From the NCBI GenBank assembly GCA_023515725.1, contig JALDTO010000237.1, positions 1 through 64,000 on the forward strand: 64,000 bases of DNA. The letters run 5' to 3'. Under the pieces are notes generated by a model. It searched no databases. It was not told the origin of the DNA and saw only the letters and a list, made by a program, of their open reading frames with translations. A program made the translations under genes and the position numbers. Shown here piece by piece: positions 12,311 to 26,045 of the stretch. This DNA is from Amoeboaphelidium protococcarum X5. Its lineage: Eukaryota; Fungi; Aphelidiomycota. Position 1 is the first letter of the stretch. Each line of letters begins with the position of its first letter.

Positions 12311-14269
12311 ATGGTATTTGAATTGCCTCCTACTTTGCTTTCTCATACCAGAATTGGTCCTCCAGATAATGTGCCTGAGAGTATGTGGAAGCCGTACCAT
12401 AAGGGGGCAGTGCTGATTAAGATTGCCGATTGGTACTCTGCAGATGACGCGAATGCTTAATCCAGAGATGATGCTGATGATGGCTTGGCGTACAACGTTG
12501 TGAGCAGAACTGGTAATGCGCAATCTAATGTCAAGTCTGCCTCTGCACCTGGCTGGGGTGTAGCAACTGGATAAAGTAACGTTGGTAACAAATCTTCCTA
12601 GTAGTCCTAGCAGTAATCTTTTAAAAGAAATAATAACAACACTTTTGGTGGTGGTCGCCGTCCGTATGATTCTAGACGTAAAGTGGATGAGTTGCAGTTG
12701 AAGTAGAGAAAGAAGGAGTCTTCGATTACCATTGGTGCAGATTGGAAACTGGTTCAAGAGTACTAGATGTTCTAGTTCAACAAGATGACTTATGACGCTG
12801 GATCATCTAAACCTCTTAGTTTGGCTGCAAGAGCTGCGAAAACTGTACTCAGTGGCGGTCCAGATTTCGACAAGGATCTCTACAAAGTCGGTCAGTTGAA
12901 GCCTTATGATCGCGCCTGGGACAGAGTCACTGCAAAGTAGAAGAAGATGTTGGTGGAGAAGAAGCTGGAATTGTAATTGCATGATGAAATTGTCTAGATT
13001 GATCGCACCACTGCTTTGAAAGATCCTATTTTGTTGAAGGTTCAAGAGAAGAACAAGTTTATCAGTGAGGATCTATCTGAGGATGTGGAGAGTAGTGATG
13101 TTGTGTTCGTTAGCTCATCTGTACTTGCAGCTATAATGGCGTTGCCTCGTTCCGCTCTGAGTTGGGATATAGTGGTCACCAAGAAGACGGTGGCCGGGAG
13201 GAATAAGGATGGCGTGGATATTGTAAAGAGATTTTTGTATCTAGACAAGAGAGACGGCTCCACCCTGGACTATTAATTTGTACACGAGACTGCACCTCCG
13301 CACCCAGCGTTGTACAACAATCCCGGTGCTGCATCTCCTCACATTGATTATGCACCTCACGATATTGCGGGTAATAAGGAACATCCTTGGAGCCCTTTGA
13401 ATTTGGCAAAGTAGGCTACTCTGGTCTCTGAGGTGTTTAGTCAAGTGCCTCTGTTGGATGATGGTAAGTTGTTGAATATGTATGCGGACAGTGATAGTAA
13501 GGATGCAAAGAAGACAATAAGTCGTGCATTCTCTTACCGCGCATGGAAGATGTAGCCTGCCAAAGGAGCGTCTACCAATTTGACTCTTGTTGCCAGAACT
13601 GATGCCGATTCTTATCTGGTCACTTCGAATGAGGGCGTTGAGTCGGAGTCGCAAGTTCACATCAGGGCTCTCACTGAACACTTCCCTATTGATCCGAAAT
13701 CCAACAATCCTATTGCAAATTATACCACTTGGTAGACGAAGTTGTAGAAGAACCAGAAGGGTGCGATTTTGGCCAGTGAAATGAAATCCAATTCTTTCGT
13801 CTGGGCCAGATGGCTGTGTGAAGCCTTCTTAGGAGGTGTAGATTTTATCAAGATTGGTCTGTTTAGTCGCGTCAATGGTGCCAGAGGTCTGATGAACAGT
13901 CAAAGTGATAGTGTGAGTAATCAGTACGTCCTGCTGGGCACGCAGTCTGTAAAGTGCGAAGATTTAGCCAAGCAAGTGAACATGGATGTCAGCAACTGCT
14001 GGGGTATTGTCAAATAGCTGGTGGATGTCTTTTTGGGCGTACGCACTGACGATGTAGACCAGGGCGAGAATGAGGAGTCTGATGAAGTTATTGATCGCGA
14101 TGCTATGCAAGACGGAAGATTTATCATCTGGAGAGATCCTAATGCTGCCAAGGTTCGCATTTACAGATTGCCTGAAGGGATTCAGTTGGCTGGTCTGGAT
14201 GATGAAGATGAGGATGAAGCGGATCAAAGCGATGAATTCGATGGCCCTGAAAATGAGACTTAGAATTGA
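12311..14269 (+). CDS. EIF3D: Translation initiation factor eIF3 subunit D
   Basis: Single frame under TAR=Q. Motifs PYHKGAVLIKIADW, SWDIVV...LYLDKRD and GAILASEMKSNSFVWARW...IKIGLFSR, plus an acidic tail. Confidence 0.92.
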
Positions 14270-14489
14270 TATCATTGAAGATCTCTATCGAATTTACTTT
14301 AAATTTACAAACTTTTTTACAACTTTGAATTGAGAGCCATCATACAATAGTACTAATGCATGTCGCTGAAATTGATAAGGCTTCACCGCGGCCGCCACAC
14401 AACCCCTTAAATAGGGGGCTCCTCATCAATCCTCGACTGCCTCACCTTACAATATCATTTCTGAAAGTAAACGCGTAATTAATTGAAAA

Positions 14490-16136
14490 ATGAAATCTGC
14501 AATTACAGCGTTTATTTGGTTGGCTGCTGTAGTGACCGCTGACGATACCTTGGACAGTCTGAGATAAGACTTTTAGGTGCTGACTGATTTTAGAGCTCCG
14601 GGGGAATACGCTCTACAGGAGATTGATAGCACTAAGCCTACGTCTTATTAGAGATTCTTATAGATGCGCAGTTTTGAGGAGCCAGGTATCAAGGATCGTT
14701 AGTTGAAGAGACTGGTATTGCCTGGCTAGATGCCTAATAACGAGTTTGTCCTGTAGGCACCGTTCTCTACAGAGTTTCATAGTATTCTTGATGCTAATAG
14801 AAAATTTGTCAAGATGGCATGTGTCAATTGGGCCAGCCATATGGAGGCTCTGATCCCAGAAGGTCTGGCGCATTATAGCGTTACGGAGCTGGCCGCGTCC
14901 ATTTATAATCTGGGATTCAACTGCGTGCGCTACACCTACTCTATGGAAATGATTGACAAATTGGATTGGACTCTGGTGTAAGCATTTCATCAGAAGCGGT
15001 AACCAGGTCGTGGATTCGCCGCGTATATGAAGAGAGTATTCGGAGGAAGGTCGCGTAAGGCGGCCATGTCAAGTACCAGCCTGGATGGTTTTGTGAAGAA
15101 CAATCCAACTTTGGACATTAACACGGTCACGGTTGGAGATGTCTTGAATATTGCATTGTATGAGTTGGGAAAATTTGGACTATTTGTTATTTTGGATAAT
15201 CACGCTGCGGAAGCTCAGTGGTGCTGTGGTCTGATGGATGGACAGCGATGGTTCGAGTAGAGAGGATTATAGTCATCCACTTGGTTGTAGAATCTGCATA
15301 CCGTTGCCACATTGGCTCAGCAGTGGCCCAATGTAGTGGGTATTGGTTTGCGTAATGAGCCAATGTCCTTGAAGTTGAAGAGCGACAACAAGGAGTGGTT
15401 TAAGCATATGAGGGCTGGTGCTTCTACTGTATACAAGGCTAATCCAAACTTGCTGATTATCGTGTCTGGAAAGACTATGGGTGGGGATTTACGCCAGCTT
15501 TAGAAGTAGTCCTTTGTCCAGGATGGCATGGATAATAAAATGAATGAAAAGTTGGTATTTGAAGCTCATTTCTATAACCTCATCTACAGCTGGCCGTTCT
15601 TCAAACTGGGATATAGAGTTGGGTGCAATCACGCGTAAAGGTTTTTGGATTAGCGCGTCGGCTTCGTTTAAAGTAAGCTTCGCCATCCGCTGTGGCTGTC
15701 TGAATTCGGAATGGATGTGCGCAAGTATGATCCTAATGCTCATAATGTCGACACTATGTGGTTGAAGTGTGTCAGTGACTGGATTGTGAAGAATGATGTT
15801 AGCTGGGCGTACTGGGTCCTCACTTCTCATTACTACTCTAGAGAGAATACGCACGACTATGACGAGACTTGGGGAATTTTGAGAAACCGTCCATTATAGT
15901 CAAGGACTGACAATCCTCAGTATGCTCTGCCGTATAATGAACTGCATATGAAATAGTTGTAGAACCTGATGCTTGAGTAGAAGCCTCTCACTACCAAGGA
16001 AGACCTTGAGAGGGAACTCTTGGCGCGTTTTGGGAACTGTAATCCGGATTCATGCAAAAGTAAAGTCGATTGGTCTAAAGTAGGGGATGCCTTTTTAGAG
16101 TGTTGTGAGACTCTGGTTGAGCTTCTGAATCCTTGA
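14490..16136 (+). CDS. Secreted glycoside hydrolase family 5 (cellulase-like)
   Basis: Signal peptide MKSAITAFIWLAAVVTA. Motifs VKMACVNWASHME, VILDNH, acid/base LRNEP, nucleophile WLSEFG and WAYW. Confidence 0.88.
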
Positions 16137-16375
16137 GTTTATAGAATGCCGAGAGCGATATGCTGCAATAGACTCAATTTAAGTGGAATTTTTAATAAAT
16201 AATAATAAATACTCTTAATCCGTATATACTAAGTTTTTTCCCTCTTCCCAGAGAAGGTTGCTTTTGATGGTGACTCGCCGCAAGACGTCTCATTGAGCTT
16301 TTTCGCGTTCAGGTAAAGCTACTTGAAGATTGATAAGTGTCGATCATCGACAACTCCTCCTAATTATACCATTAA

Positions 16376-17090
16376 ATGAAAGATAGAATAAGGTAAGAAT
16401 TCATGCCTCATATGAATTATTATATAGTGCGTTGATTTTACTATATTCGTTATCTGTAGACCGGGAAATAGAGGTGGCAGCGGTCTATTCAAGTGGGAAG
16501 ATGTGAAGACTGATAAACACAAATCAAATTATTTAGGTGCATCTATAATGGCTCGCAGTGAGAATGCAGAGCGGCGAAGGGACATTTTATGGTTTACAAA
16601 GCCAGAGAAAGGCGCCAGAGTTGCTGTGAATGATGATACACTGCTGACTGCTGATAACTAGAAATCGTTGGTGGAAATAGAACGTTAGCGCGTCAAACTG
16701 CAAGAGTAATAAATGATGAACGCAGCTCTTGGCTTATCGGATAGTGTTGATACTTCTGCTCATTAATAGGAATAAGATGTTTATGTTCAATCAATGAATG
16801 CGGACTTATCTACTCAAAGTGGGATAAAGATTGTAGCCACAACTAAATCTAGTCAAGGCGCGTAATCGGCAGATACTGTCTCTGATTTACCAAGGAGTTT
16901 TCAGAAGATGGATTAGCAGTAAAGCCGTCCGCGGGCTTCCTTTAAAAAGACCGTGGATGAGCGCAGGGAGAAGGCCAAATCTAAACTTTTTAAAAGATAA
17001 AATTAAGCTAAAGTAGGTAGATAAGCAGATTCAGTCTCAGATGATGTTGCTTTATTGAGGAGGCCGCCGGCGAAAAGGCTGCGTAAATGA
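16376..17090 (+). CDS. MMtag-domain protein (multiple myeloma tumor-associated protein 2 / C1orf35-like)
   Basis: Intron 16393-16459. N-terminus GNRGGSGLFKWEDVKTDKHKSNYLGASIMA...RRDILWFTK. Confidence 0.8.
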
Positions 17091-17171
17091 ATGATTTGAT
17101 TGTATGTTATGATAGAATTTAATTTATACTGCATCAATGTTTCGTTATATTATTATATTCATTCAATGCTT

Positions 17172-18669
<1,498 letters not shown>

Positions 18670-18991
18670 AGTATAGTACAGTTCTCGTCTTCGTATGACT
18701 GTTGGCTAACACTCGAAAAGCGATAGTCTCGCGTGTCTACTTTGTTATGTTTTAAACCAAAATGTCGTTCTAGGAATATGGTGCACGACACTGTAAACCG
18801 GTAACGCTGCTAATTTCGCGATATAATCCCCAATTTTAGCTGAGCTAAACTAACGTTTTACGCTTTAACGGGTCAGGCTGAGGCTTTCCAGCAGCTGTAG
18901 AACAATTTTTACAAGAGATCTTCGGTGATATGTGAACAGCCCTCCAATGCGACTTTCACTGTAGTATCGACAATATAAACTTGGCCCCTGG

Positions 18992-19375
18992 TCAGTAGTG
19001 TATTATTTAACAATAATTTAATGTTTTCTGAAATTATAAGTGAAGTGTAAGAATATAAGTTACTGTAACCTGAGATTTCAATTCACCAGTAATCCCAAAA
19101 TACTTTGAGACCATTCCCAAGACCGCCTTTCTATTCAGCGCTTCTTGGTCAAATTTCACCTGGAGCGCCTGCTCGGACGAGTAGAATTCAAGCCATTGGT
19201 CAAGAGATTTGCAGCAAGCTTCCATTTGAGTGGCAAAAGTTACTGGAGTCTGGGGAGTAAAGAACGCGAAGTACTAACAGCATTATTAAATTACTGCTGT
19301 CGTTATGCTTAACTCTTTGCCGCCAATTCTACAAGTATAAGTCTTTCCGCAAAGTATACGTTTGTGCCGAATCAT
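18992..19375 (-). CDS. Hypothetical protein (possibly spliced)
   Basis: ATG-to-TGA frame of 127 codons under TAR=Q. No motif recognised. Confidence 0.3.
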
Positions 19376-19498
19376 ACTTAATTTGCACATTCGAAAACTT
19401 TAATCCTGGCCATTCAGTCTTTATACCGCAATAAGCTAATTTACACCAAGATAAGCGGACAATTCAACCTTGCGCCTATTGATGCGTATAATATTTCG

Positions 19499-20059
19499 AT
19501 GCCCAAGTATGGCTAAAGCCTTTATATAGATTCCGATAAGTCCTCTTTAGCATCCAATACCTGTTACAAAGCTCTGAATCATATTAAGGACGACGAAGAG
19601 GGAAGACGCAGAATTTACGTGAGATTATGCAGAATTACGAACTTTGATTTTAGAAATATTAATAGCTTCCAATCTACACAGCTGCATCTCTTCTAATGCG
19701 CGTTGCCTCATGTACACAAACTTATGCAGTAATTAGACTGGCCTCATTTTCTAGAATATGGTGAAATTGTGATGCAGAGTATCTGGCTTCTTGACAAATT
19801 TAACAAACCCTACAGACTCTTCGCCAAAATTCAAGGAGATAGAGACCAACTGCTCATTGAATTTACCCATCAAATCTCTGATCTTCTTATCCTTCGTCTT
19901 AGTTAAAATACTGCAGACTCGCTTTTGCAGTTAGCTGCTGGTGAATTACTAGCGCGAGCGCAGGACAAGCTACAGCATCACAATCTCCTTATATAATATA
20001 GTAAGCATAATAGCGCACTTGCGCGTCACAATTTTAACTTTCGTCATCTTAAATTATGA
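19499..20059 (+). CDS. Hypothetical protein (~186 aa)
   Basis: Open frame MPKYGQSLYIDSDK...NFRHLKL under TAR=Q. Confidence 0.4.
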
Positions 20060-20889
20060 TGACATCCTAGACCACCTATTCCGGGAGGACATTTAACATT
20101 TTTAACGGAAATTATGAAATATCTGATTCCTTGGTAAGATTTGACTAATCTTGTCATAGTGTCTTCTTCAACATCATAGTCTTACTCGTGATTTTACTCA
20201 GAGCCTTGTAGATCATCACCACCATTATTCTAATCTTCTGAATCTTCAATCAATACATCAACTTCGTTCAAGTTATCTTCTTATTCTTCTACTTCATAGT
20301 CGATTTCCATACACTCTACTTCATCTTTCGAGTTCAAATCCTAATGCGCAGCAACTAAATCTTTCTCATTAGCGATTACATTGTTACAACTAGGATTTGG
20401 CACAGCACTTTAACACTTTGGCATAGATCAGTTCAGAAGATATATCATTTATAGAGTTTGATCAACAGTTACTCTCGCGTTATCACTTATCAAATCAACT
20501 TGTCTCCGACATGAATTACTGTACACAATTCTTCTATAAACTTTTTTGTATTGCAATATTGCGAATAGTTCAGATTACTACACCAGGGCCGTTGGCCTGT
20601 CTTGATACAAATGGCAATCCAGCAGTAGATGTGACATTTCTTCTAATTTCTCGCCAAATTCGAAAGCCAGTTAATTTACCCCAATTTTGCCCGTGACTTC
20701 GCTGACAGGTCCTTTACTTGTCCTAGCCCAAGCCAGAAATTGCGACTACCTCATAGATAAATCTGAATCTGCACAGAATGAAGTTGGCGTAGTATTATAT
20801 TTCTCATTAAGCTTTGGGATATTAAACAGCTTCTAAAACTGAGTCTACTGCAGAATGTTATCCAAACCACTTTTATTAAATGTCATCAT
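20044..20889 (-). pseudogene. ~280-codon frame split by one in-frame TGA, with an acidic C-terminal half
   Basis: ATG 20889, TGA 20428-20430, then the same frame continues (EVECMEIDYEVEEQEDNLNEVD...) to TGA 20044. Confidence 0.35.
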
Positions 20890-21905
20890 CTGCAACTTTT
20901 TAGCAGGGAACGGAAACAACTTTGGAAATTTCAATTGTAGACTCACCAGTTGACGTATGCATTTAAAGTTCGATGTACTAAGATACACAAACCAGCTGGA
21001 CTTAAATTTCGATGTACTAAGAGGATATTGTACAGGCCCCAATTTGGGATCACCCAGATCAGTACACCCATTTCAAAATCCTATACGTATTATAAAGTAT
21101 ACGGCGTATATGATATATGCATACATATATGTAAATGTAATTAAAAGGCATTGAACACACCTCAAATGAATCATAGGTCTATATTCATTCAATCACTCCA
21201 TTAGCGAATATGATCAAGATTGCAACAAAGTCAATTGTCCTTCATCATGTGAGACTAGGCCTTCAGTTCCATGCAATTAGTATTGTCAGAATCATCATCT
21301 TGCTTCACGCCAGTAAAGAAATAAGAGTCGATAACTCAATTGCACTCCCATTAGACAGTTTACGATTAGAAAGCTGTATCTCGCAGTTCTATATAGCCGG
21401 CCACATCCATCGCATTCGCTAGTTGAGACGGAATGAAGTGCTGAGGCGCTCGCTATCTTGGAAGCTTATAACACGGTTAAAGATATATTCAACCGTATAA
21501 TATTTAAATTTGTATATGCTGAGCTTTTGCGTGCGTATATATACGTTAAATTATTATACATAAACGAATGAGGGCGATCTTAAGTTGAAGTGCTAATCAT
21601 ACAGCCGGACAATCTGTCAATAACCGTCAGTGTTTACCATTACGCCTTATGAAATGTAGATAGTAAGATAGGTGACAAAATGTTTGGACTCTTTATTAGT
21701 TTGACATAATTTTTTGTGGTATATATTAGTCCTATAGCATTGACTGACTTAAAGATCCAACATGCTACTCCCGCGCCACGACTTTATTTATCGCTGCGCT
21801 TAGTCATCACATCTGATTGGCTGTACATATACTGGTCATTAAAGTAGCGTCTTTCACTTCTCCTTCAGTCTTTCAATCACTTAACAATTCCAAACATCAC
21901 TAATC

Positions 21906-23522
21906 ATGTCTACTACACATTTCGTGAGCGTTATTCGCGAGGATCTGAGTAATGCACGAGAGTCGCCAATAATGCATACGTCTACTCATAGTAGTGCCAT
22001 TGATAGTGGGGTGGCATCTCATTTGTTACTTTCCTTTGATGGCACGATTGATTTCAATGCTGAATTATTGTAAAAAGTGCCTCCAAATCAGAGATCAGTT
22101 ATGGATTATGGCATGTAGGATGTTGAAACATACTTGAACAGTTTATCATCGCTTCAAGATTAGAGTGAGATTGAAGACACTTAGCCTTAAGTGATAAAGT
22201 TGCTAGAGTATATTCTTAAAGTGTTGAAAGTTGATGGATACACTTGGGTATAAGGTAAAGAAATTCCTAGAAACACAGGATTTGATGCTTAAAGTTAGCC
22301 GCTAATGCCTAGGGTGTTTTGTCCACGTTATAGCGTGTGTGATATCATGCTGTAAAAGATTGGCCGTGGTGATATTATTGGCCCAATCGCCGAAGTCAAA
22401 CGAGACTCTCTGCTATCAAATGCCTTAAGCGCTTAAATTGAAAAATCAGCGCGTCAGGCTGCTTTATATGGTATAAGTTTCATTTTGCGAGTCTATCCTA
22501 TGCTACCTGCAAATGTTGTCACTGAGATATTTGGTCCATAATGGCACTTTTACGTCCCTCTTCTATCACACAAATCGTTGTACATGATACGCATTGATTT
22601 AAACTCTGTATATAACCATGCTGGTATCATTGAAGTTTAGCGCTCAACGCGTTGTTTTGGCCGTGAGATGGCTGTAATGTTGTCATCTTGGGTTTCATGG
22701 GCGATATAAACTTAAAAACGCTTGGTTGAACATTCTACTGATATTTTATAGCCGCGTGCTAAATATTGTTGGATTCCTCCTGGCTCTGTATAAAAAATGC
22801 TGCCTAATGTTGAAGTGTCCTAGTTAATAGCGCGCCCTTCATTCTACAATCCTCTTTATGTTGATTAGAAAAATAAACGCGTTTATAAGCTGTACAGTGT
22901 TTGGACTGGTAATCCTACTATGATGAATTCTGGATTACTTCGGGATAGTGAGCTGTGTTAAGGGTGGAAGGATGAAGAAAGCTTGTTATCCATGCCTTGG
23001 TACGAAGGCGGCGATCTACACAAGCGTCCTCCCTCTGGACTTTCTCAATTGAAGGACGTTTTATTGTAGTTGGTTGAATAGTTGTCTCGCTTGAGCTAAG
23101 AGCACAAAAAATGTCATTGCGATATACGCGCCGCGAACATATGTTGGGGTAGTGATGGTAAGATTGTGTTGATCGATTATGATCTAGCTATACGCTTTGG
23201 ATTGCCATCTCTTAAATTGCAACAGGCGCGTGATAGCGCACCTGAGACTCGCGTTACTGAAAGATATGACATGTGGCTTATTGGTGTTATGGTTTTTCAA
23301 TGGACTACCTAAAAATTTAATTGGCAATTTGTTATCAACAGAAAATAGGAGTTGGCTATCCATGAATCTTATTGTGAATTGGATGGCAGTAAAGTAGTGT
23401 GGAAGGAATAATTTACTCAACATAGCAGCATTGTTCATAAAATCGTCGAAAATTGTCTGCAGCTGAAGAATAATCGTTGGTCATTGCAGGATATGAAGTC
23501 TTATCTGAATAGCTTGAACTGA
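21906..23522 (+). CDS. PD-(D/E)xK nuclease-fold + protein kinase fusion (Crinkler/CR-type effector-like), 538 aa
   Basis: CDIML...PIAEVKRD...ARQAALYG (REase-like), followed by kinase motifs VYK, MPWYEGGDL, HCDIRAANI, LIDYD, APE and DMWLIG. Confidence 0.75.
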
Positions 23523-23886
23523 TTACCGTAAATAAATTGCATTTTTTATCGCCAATGTTCATTTGATCCATGTCTCAATTGATTGTTCATTTTAACCGCT
23601 CCAAGCCTATGTAGTAAAGGACTTTTATTTATTTAGCTTTCAACCCACTCATAGAAAGCCACACGTACGGATGTATGAATAAATAAAGAATGCAAATTTT
23701 CTGTTGCCTTATCAAAATGTCACCCGTTCGTGATTAAGTAGATTAGGTACAGTAGTACTGTACTGTAGGATGATCCATCGGTGAAAAATTGAAGCTTATC
23801 GCTTTTCAACGGAATTTTCCGCGTTAGATTCTTCTCTCCTTCAAAGTCCTATCTATAAATTGAGTGCTTAGATTTGCTACTAAAAG

Positions 23887-25797
23887 ATGCCGACAGTCTC
23901 CGTGGATAAAGAGCTATTCTTCGCTGCTCTGGGAGAACCTAATCTGAGTATTGAAAAGTTTGAGGATATATGCTTTGACTATGGTATTGAGCTTGACGAC
24001 ATCACGACTGAGAAGGATATGGCCATCAAATAACGCGCTATGGACAGTTCCGCCTCTACGTCTTAGTAGAGCTAGAATGGCACTATTGGCAGTGCTCAGC
24101 ATGGATAAAAGTCAAATAATAACAAGAACCAGTTGAACAATCTTAGCGAACGCGTCATATTAAAGATTGATGTCAGCGCCAATCGTTATGATCTCTTGTG
24201 CTTTGAAGGCCTGGTGCGTGCGCTGCGTGTTTTCATGGGCAAAGACAAACCGCCTCAGTTCCACACTGATGAACCACAGCTTAGTATGCGTGTCATCACT
24301 GCTAATACTGCGCGGGTGCGGCCCTATGTCGTGTGTGCAGTCTTGCGCGATGTCGAGTTTACTCAGGCCTCATATGATAGCTTTATCGATTTCTAGGAGA
24401 AGCTGCATTCTGGCATATGTAGACGTCGCTCCAAAGTTGCTATTGGTACTCATGATTTGGATAAAGTTAAAGGTCCATTTGTGTATGATGCTCGTCCACC
24501 ACAGTAGATCAAGTTTACGCCTTTAAATCATCCAGTCGCGGACTAGGAGCTGAATGCTGAAGAACTATTTGCCTACTATGAGCTGAATGATAAAAGACTT
24601 GCCAAGTTCATTCCGATTATACGTGACAGTCCTGTGTATCCTGTTGTTCTGGACTCTAATAATGTTGTGATGAGTTTGCCTCCTATTATCAATGGTGATC
24701 ATTCCAAAATTACGCTGGATACCAAGAATATCTTTATTGAATGCACTGCCACTGATTTGACAAAGGCGAAGACTGTGCTAAATCTTATGGTGACTGCATT
24801 CTCGCAGTATTGTAAGCAGGCAGGTCATATTGAATAGGTACGCGTTGAGTATGATGGTGGAAGTAATATTGTCAAAGAGGAAATATCTTATTATCCGGAT
24901 TTATCTCAACGTTCTATGAGTGCATCAATCGACTATATCAATTCTTGTATTGGTGCTACGGAGACGCTGAGTGGTGATAGAGTTATTTAACTCTTGAGCA
25001 AGATGGGGCTGTCTGCTGTAGTTGATTCTGATGGTAAGCAAGTGACTGTGTAGATTCCACCTTATCGAAGTGATATCTTGCACCCGTGTGATATTATGGA
25101 AGATGTCGCGGTGGCTTACGGAATCAATGATTTGCCTAAACATCTTCCTGCGACAAATACTGTCGGCGCTGTTAACCCGCTGAACAAGTTGACTGATCTG
25201 ATTAGAAATGAATGTGCATCCTGTGGCTGGACTGAAGTTCTCACTCTGACTCTCTGTTCAAGAGATGAGAATTTCGGTTTCCTGCGTCTGAAGGATGACG
25301 AGAATAGCTAGAATACTGCCGTCAGTTTGTTAAATCCAGCCACGGCCGAATATTAGGTGGTGAGAACTAGCCTGCTGCCGGGATTGTTGAAGTCGCTAAA
25401 TGCTAATAAGAGTGTCCAACTGCCAGTGAAGATTTATGAATGCGCAGATGTTGTGTTGCAGGACTCGTAGAATGACAGAGGTGCGCGGAACGTGAGAAAA
25501 TTGTGTGTGCTGTTCTGTGGCAAGACTAGTGGATTTGAGTTTGTGCACGGGCAGCTGGATAGATTGATGCACATGCTGGAAGTTCCGTATGTGTCTTTGA
25601 AGAATGCGGACAAAAGCTTTGGATACAGCATCAGGGAATCTGCTGTGGAGACTTACTTCCCTGGTAGACAGGCCGAAGTGTTACTGAATGGTAAAGTGAT
25701 TGGCAATCTGGGCATTTTGCATCCTCAGGTTCTGAAAAACTTTGATATTCATTAGCCAGCGTCCGCCTTGGAAATTGAAATTGGACACTTTATATGA
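23887..25797 (+). CDS. FARSB: Phenylalanyl-tRNA synthetase beta subunit
   Basis: [76 protein letters not shown]. Confidence 0.96.
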
Positions 25798-26045
25798 ATC
25801 GAAAGTGAAAGTAATGAAGTTAGTTTAAAAGAATATAGCTTTTTCGGAGTTTGCCTTGCCAGGGCAATGAATGAATTAAGGTATTGCGTATCCCTATTGG
25901 AGCGTTTATTTAGCTGATATAATAGTAGTACGCTTTATAAACATAACGATATGCCCAAGTAATCAACTTTTTTAAATGTCAACCCAAAAATACAAGCGGA
26001 AACTGAGCATAGTTGCAAAACAGTATGTATCAATAACATATTCTT

